From Nitrospirota bacterium (GTDB lineage: Bacteria; Nitrospirota; UBA9217), in contig JAOUEV010000019.1 in assembly GCA_029858565.1 (NCBI GenBank), positions 1-53,826 of the forward strand: DNA of 53,826 nt. Reading direction: 5' to 3'. Positions 51,643 through 53,826 of the stretch are shown here, piece by piece. Under the pieces are notes generated by a model. It had not been told where the DNA came from. It saw only the letters and a program-made list of their open reading frames with translations, and did not search any database. Position 1 is the stretch's first letter. Each line of letters starts with the position of its first letter. The position numbers and the translations under genes are program-made.

Positions 51643-52548
51643 TTAGAGCAACGCGTCTATGAACTCCTGCGCCTGAAATTCTCGAAGATCATCGATTCCC
51701 TCTCCGATGCCAATAAACTTGACCGGGATGGCCAGTTCACGCGTAATGGCGAATACCATGCCCCCTTTCGGGGTCCCATCCAGCTTGGTCAGAACGATAC
51801 CGGTAATACCGATCGATTCATTAAATGTTCTGGCCTGGCTGAGCGCGTTCTGACCCGTGGTCGCATCGAGAACCAGCAGCGTTTCCTGCGGCGCGCCGGG
51901 CAGTTCCCTCGCAATGATGCGACGAACTTTTTTTAATTCATCCATCAAGTTCGACTTGGTATGCAGCCTGCCCGCGGTATCAACGATCAGGACGTCAACG
52001 TTCCGTGCCTTGGCCGCAGAGATGGCATCGAACACCACCGCGCCCGGATCCGCACCCTCCTGATGTTTGATCACCGGGACATCATTACGATCACCCCAGA
52101 TGGACAATTGCTCGGATGCCGCTGCCCGAAAGGTGTCTGCGGCCGCAAGCATCACTTTTTTCCCGTCCTTATTGAGCCGGTTCGCCAGTTTGCCGATCGT
52201 TGTGGTTTTACCGGTTCCATTCACACCCACCATCAGGATGACAAAGGGAGTCGTTGTTACCTTCAGCCCTTCGGTCTTCGAAGCAAGTATCTCGGCGAGC
52301 AAGGTCTTCAACCGTGCGCGCACCTGATCTGGCGATCCCAACTCATCCCGTTTGAACCGTTCTTTGAGATCGGCAAGGACCAGCGATGTCGTCTGAGCAC
52401 CCACATCGGACGAAATGAGCGCAACCTCAAGTTCGTCAAGGAACGTCTCATCTATCTTCTCGCCAAGGACGAGACTTCCGATCTTGTCGGCAATGTTTTT
52501 TCTGGTCTTTGCCAGGCCATCGCGGATCGAACGAATAACATTAAGCAT
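51643..52548 (-). CDS. ftsY: SRP receptor FtsY
   Basis: GVNGTGKTTTIGKLA, DTFRAAA, DTAGRLH, TKLDGT.KGG. Confidence 0.97.
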   Translation of the reverse strand: MLNVIRSIRDGLAKTRKNIADKIGSLVLGEKIDETFLDELEVALISSDVGAQTTSLVLADLKERFKRDELGSPDQVRARLKTLLAEILASKTEGLKVTTTPFVILMVGVNGTGKTTTIGKLANRLNKDGKKVMLAAADTFRAAASEQLSIWGDRNDVPVIKHQEGADPGAVVFDAISAAKARNVDVLIVDTAGRLHTKSNLMDELKKVRRIIARELPGAPQETLLVLDATTGQNALSQARTFNESIGITGIVLTKLDGTPKGGMVFAITRELAIPVKFIGIGEGIDDLREFQAQEFIDALL

Positions 52549-52608
52549 GAAAGCGGCTCGTTTATCCTGTAGTGATTTTTTCCAGGGAGAATGACTAGTT
52601 CAGGATCT

Positions 52609-53664
52609 CTAGATATCCAGTGGAAGGCTGCCTGTTCCTTCGGGATCTTCGGCATTTTTCTTGTCCCGCCGTGACCCCTCTCCTGTTTTTCCCGCAGAAA
52701 CATTCTGGTCTGCGTCGGGATAGGACGCTTGCCGATAGAGATAACGCTCGTGCATCTTGCTGTACCCCGTCCAGTCCCCGGCTCCGACGTTTTCTTTTTT
52801 CAGCGTGGACCGGAAATTGCTGATCTTCGCCGCGAGGTCGTCAAGATAATTAACAATGATCGCTTCCTGGATCTTCGGGCGTTTGGGTGAGCCGAACTCG
52901 TATTCCCCGTGATGGGACAGCATGATGTGTTTCAACAACATCTCAAGTTCCCTCGGAAATGCCGGAATAGAAGCGCTCTTTTCCGCGACCATTTCATAAC
53001 CCAGCGATATATGGCCAAGGAGCTTTCCTTCGGTCGTATATTCGATCGATTTCCGCACTGCCAGTTCGCGCACTTTACCGATATCATGAATGAATGCGCC
53101 GACCGTCAGGAGATCCATGTCAATGCCGGGGAAATGCTTTCCCACATCGCGGCAGATCGCGATCAATTCGGTCACATGCTCCAGCAGACCGCCGATGTAA
53201 TTATGATGCAGTGTCTTAGCCGCTGGCGTCCTCCGGAATGTTGCCATAAATGCCTTGTCAGCGAGAAAGGACCTCATGAGCTGGCGAAGATAACCGTTCG
53301 TCAGACCCGCGGCAACCGCCTCAAGCTCGCCGACCATCTCATCGATATTCCGGGGAGAGGTCTCAAGAAATTGCGAAAGGTCGACCTTTGCATCATCGAC
53401 CTTTTCGAGCCCCTTCATCTTCACCTGCATCTGGCCCTGATAGTTCGCTGCAACGCCTTTGACCCGGATAAAATCCTCGCGCTCGAATGTTCCGGCTGCG
53501 GCTTCGGCGTTGTCCCACATCTTGCCATCCACCTCGCCGGTCTTATCCGCAAGCTTGAGCGAGAGGTAGGTAACGCCGTTCTTGGCGATGGAGATCTGCT
53601 TTGAAGTGACCAGATAGGTCTCGTCGACCCAATCACCTTCTTTTAATGATGAGATAGTCTGCAT
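52609..53664 (-). CDS. yhaM: YhaM/CBF1-family 3'-5' exoribonuclease (OB plus HD domain)
   Basis: OB fold L.DKTGE...KMWD; PAAK.LHH...GGLLEH; HDIGK; LSHHG..EFGSPK. Confidence 0.88.
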   Translation of the reverse strand: MQTISSLKEGDWVDETYLVTSKQISIAKNGVTYLSLKLADKTGEVDGKMWDNAEAAAGTFEREDFIRVKGVAANYQGQMQVKMKGLEKVDDAKVDLSQFLETSPRNIDEMVGELEAVAAGLTNGYLRQLMRSFLADKAFMATFRRTPAAKTLHHNYIGGLLEHVTELIAICRDVGKHFPGIDMDLLTVGAFIHDIGKVRELAVRKSIEYTTEGKLLGHISLGYEMVAEKSASIPAFPRELEMLLKHIMLSHHGEYEFGSPKRPKIQEAIIVNYLDDLAAKISNFRSTLKKENVGAGDWTGYSKMHERYLYRQASYPDADQNVSAGKTGEGSRRDKKNAEDPEGTGSLPLDI

Positions 53665-53726
53665 GGTTAGCTCGTTACGGGTGATATTAAACTATCCCTT
53701 CCCCATTGTCCAGAAGGAAAAGAGAA

Positions 53727-53826
53727 ATCGGCATAGGGGGCGGCCATAAAGGCCGCGCCCCTGCCACACCACCCGGCATGCGGGTCCGCACCGGGCGGTT
53801 CAAGAAGTTGAGGCTATGAGAGACGC
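53727..53826 (-). mobile_element. Group IIC intron, 3' end (domains V-VI and end of the intron ORF), truncated by the window
   Basis: Minus strand reads TGAACCGCCCGGTGCGGACCCGCATGCCGGGTGGTGTGGCAGGGG...CCCCCTATGCCGAT: CGC-triad D5, D6 with bulged A, AT terminus. Confidence 0.88.

Noticed and set aside
53727-53826. SRP RNA near ftsY
   Set aside because: Lacks the SRP helix 8 motif and fits group II intron D5/D6 instead

Overview
Bacterial genomic window, probably from an anaerobic Nitrospirota or deltaproteobacterium-like organism (inferred from gene content only). (1) 1-16.3 kb: a multiheme cytochrome c island with about 50 heme-binding motifs in six proteins, one of them a heme-bearing sensor kinase paired with a sigma54 regulator. 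Inside it is an unusual operon: a natural FliF(RBM3)-FliG fusion, MotA, two MotB paralogues (one lacking the catalytic Asp) and a TPR protein, with no other flagellar gene in the window. This candidate non-flagellar ion-driven rotary module is the main finding. (2) 16.3-28.2 kb: a PyrR-attenuated pyrimidine operon (pyrR, pyrB, pyrC, carA, carB, greA, pyrK, pyrD) with two passenger genes and short repeats or hairpins at gene junctions and inside carB. (3) 28.2-40.4 kb: a PAS protein, tatA, two Ig-domain proteins and a type IV minor pilin cluster with a large Cys-rich PilY1. (4) 40.5-53.7 kb: housekeeping genes (tlyA, dxs, ispA, xseB, xseA, ymdB-like, rny, rarA, 6S RNA, zapA, ftsY, yhaM-like). 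The window ends inside the 3' end of a group IIC intron. All family calls come from motif recognition by eye, not database searches.
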